A program made the translations under genes and the position numbers. Below the pieces are notes generated by a model that searched no databases, was not told where the DNA came from, and saw only the letters and a program-made list of their open reading frames with translations. Of a stretch of 64,000 bases of DNA, positions 9,196 through 19,144 are shown in pieces. The stretch comes from a virus. Where the stretch lies: positions 130,658-194,657 of the IMG/VR virus record IMGVR_UViG_3300008448_000002. The stretch is one strand, 5' to 3'. Position 1 is the first letter of the stretch. Each line of letters opens with the position of its first letter.

Positions 9196-9399
9196 ATGAA
9201 CATCGAAGAATACAGAAAAAAGATAGTACTTGCTAATAAAACCAAAGGTAGGGAATTGAGACTTACAATAGAAGAGGCAAATTTGCTATTAGCAGAAATA
9301 CTTTCTATTATCGAAAAGGAAAGAAATTATCTGTTGAAAATAACAGAATTACAAAGTAACATGAATAAAAATAGCGTAATAACAGGCGGAGAGTTTTAA
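9196..9399 (+). CDS. Hypothetical protein
   Basis: 67-aa ORF within the operon. Confidence 0.7.
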   Translation: MNIEEYRKKIVLANKTKGRELRLTIEEANLLLAEILSIIEKERNYLLKITELQSNMNKNSVITGGEF

Positions 9400-10235
9400 T
9401 GAAGTTTGACATTTTAAGTGACCCACATCTTGACATTTGGGACATAAGAGCTAATGAAAGTGCGTTTGACTTTCAAAAATATAAAAACAGTGACAGTGAT
9501 GCTATCATTGTTGCTGGAGATATTTCAAATTATGAGAATTATTTAATTCCATTTTTTACTAAATGTCTTGAAAATTATAAGTTTGTTTATGTTGTTGATG
9601 GTAATCATGACCACTACATGAGAAACTACAAGAATAGTATAAAATCATTTAAAAACATAGAAAAAATATTAAACAGAACATTTGCCGATAAAACGAATAA
9701 AAGATTTTTCTTCTTACATGGAGATACAGATTATTCTATACATGGAAATCTGGCAATAATTGGTGTTAATGGCTGGTATGATTGGTCTGGTATGGAAAAC
9801 TACGGTATATCAAAATCTGTTTGCCATAGTGCTTGGATGACATATAGTAATGATTCACGGCATATTGATTTTGATAATAAATATCCCGATACATTAGCGG
9901 CAGTTGATATGGAAAAACTAAAATCAACAATGAATAAAATCAACAATATTGATAGTATAGAAAAAGTCATAGTTGTCACGCATACTGCTCCCTTACCTGA
10001 ATTGTTGAGATTTATACCAGAAAATCCATTATGGAATAATCTAAGCGGGAGTTATACTAATTCTTTAATGAAAGATGTTATTAAAGAAGACATCAATAAA
10101 AAAATTAAGTATTGGGTGTACGGTCACACACATGAAAGAAAGATGACCGATGTTGACTATATAACATACATAAATAATTCAAGAGGGTATCCCACTGAAA
10201 TACCTAATTGGCAAATGATTCAAATAGAGGTTTAA
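9399..10235 (+). CDS. Calcineurin-like metallophosphoesterase
   Basis: SDPH, AGDIS, GNHD, THTAP and YGHTH motifs. Confidence 0.9.
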   Translation: MKFDILSDPHLDIWDIRANESAFDFQKYKNSDSDAIIVAGDISNYENYLIPFFTKCLENYKFVYVVDGNHDHYMRNYKNSIKSFKNIEKILNRTFADKTNKRFFFLHGDTDYSIHGNLAIIGVNGWYDWSGMENYGISKSVCHSAWMTYSNDSRHIDFDNKYPDTLAAVDMEKLKSTMNKINNIDSIEKVIVVTHTAPLPELLRFIPENPLWNNLSGSYTNSLMKDVIKEDINKKIKYWVYGHTHERKMTDVDYITYINNSRGYPTEIPNWQMIQIEV

Positions 10236-10237
10236 TA

Positions 10238-10495
10238 ATGATTAAAGTGTATAGCAAGGCAATATGTCCCTATTGCGACATGGCAAAACGATGGCTGGCA
10301 GGTAATAATTTAGAATATACCGAGATTAAACTAGATAATGATGAAGATAAGCTAGAGTTTTATAAAAAAACTGGTTGTAAATCAGTGCCACAGATATATC
10401 TCAATGATGTTCATATTGGTGGATATAATGAACTTATTAAGAGTGATTTAATTAAAAATCTACTATTGGGCGATTTATCTTCGGATGACTTCTAA
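10238..10495 (+). CDS. Glutaredoxin
   Basis: CPYC active site, SVPQI and IGGY; start moved to ATG 10238 behind GAGG. Confidence 0.92.
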   Translation: MIKVYSKAICPYCDMAKRWLAGNNLEYTEIKLDNDEDKLEFYKKTGCKSVPQIYLNDVHIGGYNELIKSDLIKNLLLGDLSSDDF

Positions 10496-10499
10496 AAAA

Positions 10500-10527
10500 C
10501 ATAAATACTCTATTGGAGAGTATTTAT
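10500..10527 (+). promoter_or_regulatory. Late promoter CATAAATA inside an 11-bp RBS-sequestering hairpin
   Basis: ATAAATACTCT(10501-11)/AGAGTATTTAT(10517-27), with GGAG at 10515-18 and ATG at 10528. Confidence 0.7.
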
Positions 10528-10830
10528 ATGAGTAGACCTAAACCAATTATCATATTTTCAAATATTGATAAAGATAACAATACAGTACAACAGATTCTTA
10601 AAGGAGAAGGTGTATTTGCTGTATTTTATGATAATGAACCGATTAATTTAAAAATAACAAATAGATTGGTAAACTATCCCACAAAGTATAAAAAAACAAC
10701 TTTTACACACAGTGGACATGCTTTTAATTTAGCAGAAAAACTCAATAAAACATATAATACAGATAAGTTTACTGTTGTAAAAATGTCGGATGGCACTGTT
10801 ATTAATGAAAACAAAAAACTTCCACTCTAA
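10528..10830 (+). CDS. Hypothetical protein (MSRPKP...)
   Basis: Start moved to ATG 10528 behind GGAG. Confidence 0.75.
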   Translation: MSRPKPIIIFSNIDKDNNTVQQILKGEGVFAVFYDNEPINLKITNRLVNYPTKYKKTTFTHSGHAFNLAEKLNKTYNTDKFTVVKMSDGTVINENKKLPL

Positions 10831-11227
10831 TTTACTTAATCATTTAAGAAATACAAAAGTAGAAAACTTCGAGTTTTATGATAGAGAATACTATCAAAAG
10901 TTTGATGATAATAAGTTAAAAAGATTTATATTCGATAATTATCGAATTATGGATGATACAGAAAAAGGCTTAAGACTTTGTTACGCTGGGTTTGACATAT
11001 TAAAAGAATATTATGACTATAGAGAGGTTACTCTTACGAATCCAAAGAAAGAAAACATCCTAACAAGTGGATTTTTACTAGAATTAGATAACATAATGAA
11101 AATGCCATACTTGATAAAAGGAAATACATTAGTTCTTTTTGATTTACAAATGGCGTTTGAGGCAGGATTATTCATTGATTTTCTTTCATATGTTGATTCT
11201 TTCTTCAAAAAGAAAAAAACATATTGA
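10790..11227 (+). CDS. Hypothetical protein
   Basis: 145-aa ORF; the start may be ATG 10805. Confidence 0.7.
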   Translation: MALLLMKTKNFHSNLLNHLRNTKVENFEFYDREYYQKFDDNKLKRFIFDNYRIMDDTEKGLRLCYAGFDILKEYYDYREVTLTNPKKENILTSGFLLELDNIMKMPYLIKGNTLVLFDLQMAFEAGLFIDFLSYVDSFFKKKKTY

Positions 11228-11289
11228 CTAAAAAAGCAATTCTATGTTTTACTGTGATTAATAAACAACAGTAACTCAAAGGACACAAA

Positions 11290-12534
11290 ATGGCTAAGGC
11301 TAGTAATAAAAAATCACAAAACACGGATATGATTATCACATTGAAACCAACAGAAATGGTTTCTGCTATTCTTCACATGATGAACGTAAATATTCAAGAT
11401 GTACGAGCAGGAGAAAAACGAAAAGGTATTTTTATTTGGGGACCTCCTGGTATTGCCAAGTCAGCAATTATTGCCAATATTGCCAAGACTACTGGATTAA
11501 GCGATAGTGGTGTATTGACAACTTATGCTACTGCTAATGATGTTCCTGTAAATGATAGATTTGAAATGATTGATATTCGTCTATCACAGTTAGAACCAAC
11601 GGATTTAAGAGGTATTCCTGTTCCTGTAACTATTGATGGTAAAACAAATGTTACATGGGCGATTCCTTCTTCTTATCCAACGGGAAATAAAAAAGCTATT
11701 CTTTTCTTTGATGAATTACCAAATGGTGCTCCTTCTGTACAAGCAGCATGTTATCAGATTGTACTAGATGGAAAATTGGGTGAATACACCTTACCAGATA
11801 ATACAATTGTTATCGCGGCAGGAAACCGAGAAACTGACCGTGGTGCCAGTTTCAAAATGCCAACTCCTTTGATGAACCGCTTTGTACACTTGGAAATGGC
11901 TGTTGACTTTGAAGATTGGTGTGATTATGCGATTGATTATGGATATAGACCAGAAATCATTGGATTTTTAACTACTTTTAAAGATAAACTATTTAACTTT
12001 GACCCAACCAGTGCCAGTCGCGGGTTTGCGACACCTCGTTCGTGGGAAGCCGTAAATAGTATTCTAAAAAATAATCCTTCAGTAACAGACAATGTTTTAA
12101 GAGCAATGGTGGCAGGATGTATTGGTACTGGGTATGCTTTTGAGTTTATGGAATATAAAAACATTGCTTCTAGATTACCAGACCCTAGTAAAATCATTAC
12201 AGGTGAGATTACAGAATTAAAAGAAGGCATGGTTGATGACGTTAGTGTATTGTATACCCTTGTTGTTAGTTTATGCTATGAAATTAATGAATATCATAAA
12301 AAGTCTAAGTTAAACAATACGTTAGAAAAGTTTAAACGTGATTCAAACAACGTATTTGAGTTTTTCTTGCGAAGTGAAAACAAAGGCACTATACAACCAG
12401 AGTATATTATTCTATTCTTCAAAATGATATTGACAAAGTATGATGTTAAAGACGTTGTTAATATGGATGATGATAGTAGTTTCAAGAAATTAATCAAGAA
12501 ATACAGTAGTTCCATTAACGCAAGAAGAGCATAA
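11290..12534 (+). CDS. MoxR-like AAA+ ATPase
   Basis: GPPGIAKS Walker A, FFDEL Walker B, AAGNR, NRF.H and TPRSW motifs. Confidence 0.9.
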   Translation: MAKASNKKSQNTDMIITLKPTEMVSAILHMMNVNIQDVRAGEKRKGIFIWGPPGIAKSAIIANIAKTTGLSDSGVLTTYATANDVPVNDRFEMIDIRLSQLEPTDLRGIPVPVTIDGKTNVTWAIPSSYPTGNKKAILFFDELPNGAPSVQAACYQIVLDGKLGEYTLPDNTIVIAAGNRETDRGASFKMPTPLMNRFVHLEMAVDFEDWCDYAIDYGYRPEIIGFLTTFKDKLFNFDPTSASRGFATPRSWEAVNSILKNNPSVTDNVLRAMVAGCIGTGYAFEFMEYKNIASRLPDPSKIITGEITELKEGMVDDVSVLYTLVVSLCYEINEYHKKSKLNNTLEKFKRDSNNVFEFFLRSENKGTIQPEYIILFFKMILTKYDVKDVVNMDDDSSFKKLIKKYSSSINARRA

Positions 12535-12543
12535 GGAAAAGTA

Positions 12544-13752
12544 ATGCTTAAAGATGACCCAATTTATCAAAAAATAGTAGAGGCAAGAATTGCCCTCATA
12601 ATGGAAAAACCATTCTTTGGGAATCTTGTTTTAAGACAAAAGATTGTCGATGCCAGTAAATGGTGTGACACAATGGCAACTGACGGAGTTAATATCTATT
12701 ATAATCGAGAGTTTGTAAAAGGTATGACATTCAAAGAGTTACAATTTGTACTTTGTCATGAAGTTATCCATTGTGTTTTCGACCATTGTGATAGACGGGG
12801 TTCTAAAAATCCTAAAATCTGGAACATGGCTATCGACTATATCACCAATTATATCTTGGTTGATTCTAAAATTGGTACTATGCCAAAAGTCGGCTTGTAT
12901 GACGAAAAGTATACAGATGAATTAACAAGCAATGAAGTCTATGATGATTTGCTTAGTAAAAGTGTTGAGATTAAAATACCTCTTGATATGCACCTAGACG
13001 GTATTACTAGTGATGAAAATGGTGAGGTCACTGTTACCGTAATGGGTAATGGTGATGGACCACCAAAAATCACTAAAAAAGACATGGATACCATTAGGGA
13101 TAAAATTAAGACATCTTTACTACAAGCATGTGCCTCTGCTCCTGACTCTGTTCCAAATGGTATTAAACGACTAATTGACGAGTTTTCTAATCCAAAGATG
13201 GATTGGAGAACAATGTTAGATTGTCATATTAAGTCTAGTATCAAGGAAGATTTTACTTTTAATGTTCCTAGTCGTAGAAGTTATGGTTCAGGTTGTATAA
13301 TGCCAAGTCAAGTATACAATGAAACAATTGATATTGCGATTGCTATTGATACAAGTGGCAGTATCAGTGAAAAAATGTTGAAGGATTTTCTTGGTGAAGT
13401 CAAGGGAATTATGGATATGTATACTGATTTCAAAATATGGTTATGGTGTTTTGATACAGACGTTCATAATCCCGTATTGTTTAATCAATATAATATCCAT
13501 GATATTTTTTCATACGAGCTTAAAGGAGGGGGTGGAACAACATTTGAGGTAAATTGGGATTTTATGAAGGATACTTCAAAGTTCGATTTAGAAGTTGATG
13601 AAATACTTCCAACGCGATTTATTAATTTCACGGACGGATATCCAGGAAATACTTGGGGAGACCCTGATTATGTTGATACACTATTTATTATTCATGGAAA
13701 TGACAAAATAAAAGCACCTTTTGGAATGACGGCTTATTATGATGATGAATAA
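12544..13752 (+). CDS. Metallopeptidase-like (HEXXH) plus VWA domain protein
   Basis: TMATDG, HEVIH, and MIDAS motif DTSGS...GGGGT...TDG. Confidence 0.88.
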   Translation: MLKDDPIYQKIVEARIALIMEKPFFGNLVLRQKIVDASKWCDTMATDGVNIYYNREFVKGMTFKELQFVLCHEVIHCVFDHCDRRGSKNPKIWNMAIDYITNYILVDSKIGTMPKVGLYDEKYTDELTSNEVYDDLLSKSVEIKIPLDMHLDGITSDENGEVTVTVMGNGDGPPKITKKDMDTIRDKIKTSLLQACASAPDSVPNGIKRLIDEFSNPKMDWRTMLDCHIKSSIKEDFTFNVPSRRSYGSGCIMPSQVYNETIDIAIAIDTSGSISEKMLKDFLGEVKGIMDMYTDFKIWLWCFDTDVHNPVLFNQYNIHDIFSYELKGGGGTTFEVNWDFMKDTSKFDLEVDEILPTRFINFTDGYPGNTWGDPDYVDTLFIIHGNDKIKAPFGMTAYYDDE

Positions 13753-13755
13753 CGC

Positions 13756-13783
13756 TTGACAGTACCCTTTAATATGATATGTT
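13756..13783 (+). promoter_or_regulatory. sigma70-like promoter
   Basis: TTGACA-16 nt-TATGTT with a TGn extension. Confidence 0.65.
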
Positions 13784-13809
13784 GAATGAAATAATTAAAG
13801 GGTACTACT

Positions 13810-15027
13810 ATGTTTCCAACGCTACAATATGACGAAGTTATCGAACTTATCAAAGATAAAGAAGAGTTCACTATTAAGACAGATAGTGACTTAGGATATA
13901 TCTGTCTTAATTACAACGTAAACTTCCGTGATACTTTTCCTGAATATTTGCCTACTGATACCTCTGAAGATAGAAAAGTTAAATCTATCTTCAGAGAACT
14001 TCGGGGATTAATCTTTGATATTAATACTAAAGAGGTTATTCGTAGACCATGGCATAAGTTTTTCAACATTGGTGAAAGAGTAGAAACTTCTATTTCTACT
14101 GTTGACTGGTCACAAAAACATTATGTTTTATCTAAATTAGATGGGTCAATGATTTCCCCTTTCATCTCCAATGGTGTATTATATTGGGGTACAAAGATGG
14201 GGAAAACTGATTTATCTCACCAACCAGAACAATTCGTATCAGATAAACCACATTATGTTGATTTTGTTACTACAATGATTAAAGGTGGTAAAACTCCGAT
14301 TTTTGAATGGTGTTCAAGAAAACAACGTATTGTACTGGATTATCCAGTAGATAAACTGTATCTCGTTGGTATTCGAGACATGAAATCAGGTAAATATTCA
14401 TCATATGATGAATTAAAATCATTGGCATATCAATACTCTATTGATTTAGTGGATTATTATTCGGATAGCATTTCCGATATTAATAATTTCATTAATCATA
14501 CTAAAGATTTAGTTGATGAGGAAGGCTATGTTGTTGTATTTGAAAACGGCAATATGCTTAAAATCAAAGCAGATGACTATGTAAAGATTCATAAATGTCT
14601 TGATGGATTTAGGTATGAGAAAGATATTATCAAAATAATTGTTAATGATGATTTAGATGACGTATTACCTTATCTCAGAGATGATTTAAAGAATGATGTT
14701 ATATTATATTCCGATAGGATTCTTCATAATATTAACACACTTTCTTTTGAAATATTTAACTATATCAATACTTTATTTCAAAAATATGGTGACAGCAAAG
14801 AAAACAGGCGATATGTGGCAGAAAACGCTCAACGAGATTATCCAAAAGATTCTGGTATAGTTTTCTCGTGTTATAAAGCCGATGTATCGTTGAATGAGGT
14901 CAGAGAACAGATTGTCTCAAAAATAGACAAAAATACTTCCTCAATATCAAAAGTTGAAAACATTCGCCATATTATCAAAGAAAACTGGAATAATTATGGA
15001 CTATCTGGATTGAGTTTCGACAATTAA
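13810..15027 (+). CDS. rnlA: T4-like RNA ligase 1
   Basis: RELRG, KFFN, motif I KLDGS, FEW, EGYVV and LKIK. Confidence 0.9.
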   Translation: MFPTLQYDEVIELIKDKEEFTIKTDSDLGYICLNYNVNFRDTFPEYLPTDTSEDRKVKSIFRELRGLIFDINTKEVIRRPWHKFFNIGERVETSISTVDWSQKHYVLSKLDGSMISPFISNGVLYWGTKMGKTDLSHQPEQFVSDKPHYVDFVTTMIKGGKTPIFEWCSRKQRIVLDYPVDKLYLVGIRDMKSGKYSSYDELKSLAYQYSIDLVDYYSDSISDINNFINHTKDLVDEEGYVVVFENGNMLKIKADDYVKIHKCLDGFRYEKDIIKIIVNDDLDDVLPYLRDDLKNDVILYSDRILHNINTLSFEIFNYINTLFQKYGDSKENRRYVAENAQRDYPKDSGIVFSCYKADVSLNEVREQIVSKIDKNTSSISKVENIRHIIKENWNNYGLSGLSFDN

Positions 15028-15029
15028 TT

Positions 15030-15221
15030 ATGATTTGTTACGCCGTTGATAATCAAAAATATAACTTTCTAAAGGAATATTGCCATCCAGAAAGTTCATT
15101 TTCTTTTTATGACGGGACAAGAACATCTATATACCCAGAAATAGACTATGTGATATTATTAAATAACGATAATAAAACATTAATAATTCAAGAGTTATAT
15201 AGTGGACAAAGAGATAATTAA
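15030..15221 (+). CDS. Hypothetical protein
   Basis: 63-aa ORF filling the gap in the operon. Confidence 0.6.
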   Translation: MICYAVDNQKYNFLKEYCHPESSFSFYDGTRTSIYPEIDYVILLNNDNKTLIIQELYSGQRDN

Positions 15222-15223
15222 TT

Positions 15224-15997
15224 ATGAATATCAAGTTTCTATTGAACCATGCCCTTTTTAGAGAACAAGGCATTGATACGGCAAAATCAATTCTTGTCTC
15301 CCTTGGTATACCATTTGAAGAGGTAACATTTTCTAATGTGGATAAACTCGTCTTTAATGAGTTTACAACGGGATTTTTACCAATACAATCTATCAAAAGA
15401 ATTAGAAAATATGAAAATTTCTTTTCATGGTTCTATTATAATGATACGTTATATGACTTCTCAAACTATTCTTTTTATAGTAATCATATGCTTAATTCAA
15501 GTTATAATATTCTACCATTTGGTGAAATAAGAAAACGGTTTAATAACAACGAAACCTTCTTCATTAAGTCAAACTCTGGTAATAAATTATTAACAGGACA
15601 GACTATTACTTGTAATAAAGAGTCATTTGATTTTATTGAAGATACTACTGGACTAAACAACACATCATTGATATGTTACTCTGCCGCCAAAAATATAAAA
15701 AATGAGTTTAGATTTTGGATTATAGACAGGGAAATTATAACAGTTAGTTCATATGATTTTAAAGAGTGTTTGAATAAACCTGTTGATAAAGTGATGGTTG
15801 ATTTTGTTGATAAAATAATAAAAGAGGAAGATTTTCCATTTCATAGAGCATTTACGATGGATATATGCTATAGTGATGATGGAATTAAGATTGTTGAATG
15901 TAATGCCTTATCGACTTCTGGCACATATCATTGTGACTTGGAAAAATTATTCTATCATACGAAAAAATTAGTTCTTAATGATGTATTAATGATTTGA
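15224..15997 (+). CDS. ATP-grasp protein, R2K-like
   Basis: FIKSNSGNK, EFRFWII and FTMDI....IVECN (ExN) motifs. Confidence 0.75.
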   Translation: MNIKFLLNHALFREQGIDTAKSILVSLGIPFEEVTFSNVDKLVFNEFTTGFLPIQSIKRIRKYENFFSWFYYNDTLYDFSNYSFYSNHMLNSSYNILPFGEIRKRFNNNETFFIKSNSGNKLLTGQTITCNKESFDFIEDTTGLNNTSLICYSAAKNIKNEFRFWIIDREIITVSSYDFKECLNKPVDKVMVDFVDKIIKEEDFPFHRAFTMDICYSDDGIKIVECNALSTSGTYHCDLEKLFYHTKKLVLNDVLMI

Positions 15998-16003
15998 AAG
16001 ATA

Positions 16004-16201
16004 ATGAAAACTATTAAAATATCAATTAAAACATATTATGATTGTTCGGATATGCTACTGGATGTTCATAGTTTTAGATTAAGAATCATTAGATATATCG
16101 GTAATCAATTTACTGAATTACAGATTAGTAGTTATGATGGTCTACATAGAAAAAGATTTAATTTTCATAGAGTATATAGAGTAAATTATGAAGATAGTTA
16201 A
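16004..16201 (+). CDS. Hypothetical protein
   Basis: Small ORF tiled in the operon. Confidence 0.55.
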   Translation: MKTIKISIKTYYDCSDMLLDVHSFRLRIIRYIGNQFTELQISSYDGLHRKRFNFHRVYRVNYEDS

Positions 16202-16379
16202 ATTACCTATTTCTACTCATAGGCGCATTAAAGATATTTCTATTTCTACTATATCAGAAATGAGAGTGGTACAACGAGAAAGTTTTTATAATTACCCAAA
16301 AAGATTCGTCATTGAAATACATTATATAAACAAAAACCGATATTCACCAGTTTATTATACATGTTTCATGGACTTATAA
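16188..16379 (+). CDS. Hypothetical protein
   Basis: Small ORF tiled in the operon. Confidence 0.55.
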   Translation: MKIVKLPISTHRRIKDISISTISEMRVVQRESFYNYPKRFVIEIHYINKNRYSPVYYTCFMDL

Positions 16380-16380
16380 T

Positions 16381-16632
16381 ATGATAACTGTAGAAATTAA
16401 ACTTAATGATTATGAATATGTAAAAGATGCTGATTTATCAGAGGTTTATCAATTAAATCCTATATATTATATTGATGTTGTGATATTATTACAATATACA
16501 CACAAAGTATTTGAGGTTATATGGAGAGGGGGCGATTATAGGTTTTGTTGTATTAACAGGTTTTCATCGCATTCAACAACTCCATCAGGCAGAAATACCT
16601 TGACATTATCCTATATTAAAGGTATCATCTAA
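16381..16632 (+). CDS. Hypothetical protein
   Basis: Small ORF tiled in the operon. Confidence 0.55.
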   Translation: MITVEIKLNDYEYVKDADLSEVYQLNPIYYIDVVILLQYTHKVFEVIWRGGDYRFCCINRFSSHSTTPSGRNTLTLSYIKGII

Positions 16633-16634
16633 GA

Positions 16635-17903
16635 ATGAAAAATATTCCTTTATACGCTCTAGTAGTAATGGTTGGACCATCAGGTAGTGGTAAGACAACT
16701 ATTGCCAATAAACATTTCCAAAAACATGAAATCATCTCTTCTGATGATATTAGAGAAGACTTATTGGGCGATTTTAGAAGACAAGATTACAATAATGTTG
16801 TCTTCAAAGAATTATTTCATCGGGCAAATCTTAAACTTTCATTAAAGAGAAGAGTGGTTATTGATGCCACTAATTTAAAAACCAATGATAGAAAAGGTAT
16901 AATTGAGTTGGGAAAAAGACACAATGTTCCAATTTTTTATGTTGTGGTAAATAGAACCCTTGAAGAAAAATTAGAGACAGCAGGATGGAGGAATGAAGTT
17001 CCTTATCTCATTAATAAGCATCACGAGACTTTCCTCCAAAATGAACGAGAAATCCTTAAAGGAGATGGTGTTGCCACTGTAATTGATACTAGAAAAGAAT
17101 TATTTACTGTTGTGAAAAACTCAACTAATGACAATATTCTTGATATTATTAAAAGCAATGGTCAAAAATATATCTTTGCTATTGGAGATGTTCATTCGGA
17201 CATACAAGCCTTAACGAGTGTTATTGAATGGGCAACAGCAAGAAATGCCTTCATGGTATTTTTAGGTGATATTATTGACTATGGTGATAATCCCATCGAA
17301 TGTATTAATATTGTTTATGATTTAATCGTATCTGGTAAGGCAGTAATGTGCCTTGGAAATCATGAAGATAAGATTCATAGATGGTTACAAAAGAGAGACG
17401 ATGCTGAAAACAAGATGAAATTGTCTCATGGCAACATGGCAACTATTGATAGAATCATGGAGTTGAATGATTCCGAAAGAGATTTAATTATTTCCAAGTT
17501 TGACACTATCTATGAATATTCAAAAAATCATTGGGTGATTGGTAACACACTATTTACACACGGTGCCTGTAACTTAAACATGTTTAATTCAAATAGTAGT
17601 AAATTGTCTGGTGAGGCTAAAAACTTATCATTATACGGCGAAGTCGATAGAAATGTACCATTTGAAGAAAATAGATACCCAACGAGACTATATAACTGGT
17701 GTGATACTATTCCCGATGGCAAAAGAGTTATTGTTGGGCATGATGTTCGTTCTACCATATCTCCCTTTGTACATAAAAATGAACAAGGCGGCGAAGTTAT
17801 TTTTGCGGATACTGGTTGTTCAAAAGAAGGTGTACTGAGTTCTGTATGTTTAAAGGTTACTGGTGAAACTTTAATAGTTGAGTCAATGATTAAGCATTCT
17901 TAA
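16635..17903 (+). CDS. Polynucleotide kinase-phosphatase (P-loop kinase plus metallophosphoesterase)
   Basis: GPSGSGKT, SDDIR and IDATN; then GDVH, GDIIDYG, GNHE, THG and GHD. Confidence 0.88.
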   Translation: MKNIPLYALVVMVGPSGSGKTTIANKHFQKHEIISSDDIREDLLGDFRRQDYNNVVFKELFHRANLKLSLKRRVVIDATNLKTNDRKGIIELGKRHNVPIFYVVVNRTLEEKLETAGWRNEVPYLINKHHETFLQNEREILKGDGVATVIDTRKELFTVVKNSTNDNILDIIKSNGQKYIFAIGDVHSDIQALTSVIEWATARNAFMVFLGDIIDYGDNPIECINIVYDLIVSGKAVMCLGNHEDKIHRWLQKRDDAENKMKLSHGNMATIDRIMELNDSERDLIISKFDTIYEYSKNHWVIGNTLFTHGACNLNMFNSNSSKLSGEAKNLSLYGEVDRNVPFEENRYPTRLYNWCDTIPDGKRVIVGHDVRSTISPFVHKNEQGGEVIFADTGCSKEGVLSSVCLKVTGETLIVESMIKHS

Positions 17904-17979
17904 TTTATTTTAATTTTTATGTTGTTTTTTATATAATTTTATGGTATTATAATAATATAATTAAACAACGGAGAAAATT

Positions 17980-18282
17980 ATGACTATTGAAACACCACAA
18001 GAACAAGTTGAACAACAAGTTGCTAACCCAGAATTGTCTTTCGCAGATATTCGAGTTGCCTTGGAAGCATTAAAAGTGGCAGGTGAACGCCGTTCATTTA
18101 CACTAGAAGAATCGGCACAAGTTTTAAAAACAGCAATTAACTTTCAAGAGTTTGTTGATTTCATTACTAAAAAAGAAGAAGAAGCTAAACAACAAACCAA
18201 CCCAGTAATGGATAAAGTTAAAGAAGCTGTTGAGAATTATGTATCGCAAGGTTCAGAAAACGCAACAACACCACAGGAGTAA
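17980..18282 (+). CDS. Acidic hypothetical protein
   Basis: GGAG RBS; 100 aa. Confidence 0.75.
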   Translation: MTIETPQEQVEQQVANPELSFADIRVALEALKVAGERRSFTLEESAQVLKTAINFQEFVDFITKKEEEAKQQTNPVMDKVKEAVENYVSQGSENATTPQE

Positions 18283-18287
18283 TATTA

Positions 18288-18905
18288 ATGGATAATTTTG
18301 TAAAACATGTAGGGGCTATAAAATCAACAGGAAGTAAAATTATTGTTGTTTTTAAGCAATTACCAGAAGATAAAAAAAATGCCTTAGTTATTTTCACAGA
18401 TAGTTTACCCGAAAAGTTCCAGACAATTGTTCAAGAATTGCTAATGGCTAAAGAAGGACAAGCAGTTGTTGATTTTGCCGATTTTTTGAGTAGAAGGCAA
18501 ATGCCGGGTTCGCAAGATAATGTTTTATTGGCACTACATAACGAAGCAAAATTAAGCAGAGTACCTGTTACAGATGTTGTAATGTGTCCTAAGCCTAATA
18601 TGTCAGTTGATTTAGTTCAGCTTCTCGATAATATTGAAAAATTAAATCCTCAAGAATCGTCTATTGCCGAATTACCAAAAACAGAAATAGTACAAAATCC
18701 CGAAGAAGTTGCCAAGGGTTTGTTGAGAGATGCCGAGTTCCTACAAGATGAAGTTAATAGAAAAAAAGAACAGGCATATACTTTATATCCTTCCCTTAGA
18801 CCTAAAACGGTTGTTAAAGAAACTTTAGTTGAGAAAGTTAATAAGCCTATCGCTAAAAAATCAAAAACAGCCGTTAAAAAACCTTCAAAGACAGCAAAAG
18901 TTTAA
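18288..18905 (+). CDS. Hypothetical protein
   Basis: 205-aa ORF with a Lys-rich tail. Confidence 0.8.
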   Translation: MDNFVKHVGAIKSTGSKIIVVFKQLPEDKKNALVIFTDSLPEKFQTIVQELLMAKEGQAVVDFADFLSRRQMPGSQDNVLLALHNEAKLSRVPVTDVVMCPKPNMSVDLVQLLDNIEKLNPQESSIAELPKTEIVQNPEEVAKGLLRDAEFLQDEVNRKKEQAYTLYPSLRPKTVVKETLVEKVNKPIAKKSKTAVKKPSKTAKV

Positions 18906-18907
18906 AA

Positions 18908-19144
18908 ATGGCTACAATTGATTTAAGCTGGTACGATTCAATAAAAAGAAGAGAAGCTAGACAACTCACCGATGAAGTCGAATCAATTAGATACAATTTA
19001 GCCTTTTTAGGCAATATGGAAAAAATTATTGATAAGGGTATTGAACTTAATATTATTTTTACTGCTATTGGAAAAAGCCAAAAAGTTAAATCTGAATGGG
19101 AAGCACTTTTGGCAATGATAAAGTTAATGAAAAATGATTACTGA
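18908..19144 (+). CDS. Hypothetical protein
   Basis: ORF tiled in the operon. Confidence 0.65.
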   Translation: MATIDLSWYDSIKRREARQLTDEVESIRYNLAFLGNMEKIIDKGIELNIIFTAIGKSQKVKSEWEALLAMIKLMKNDY

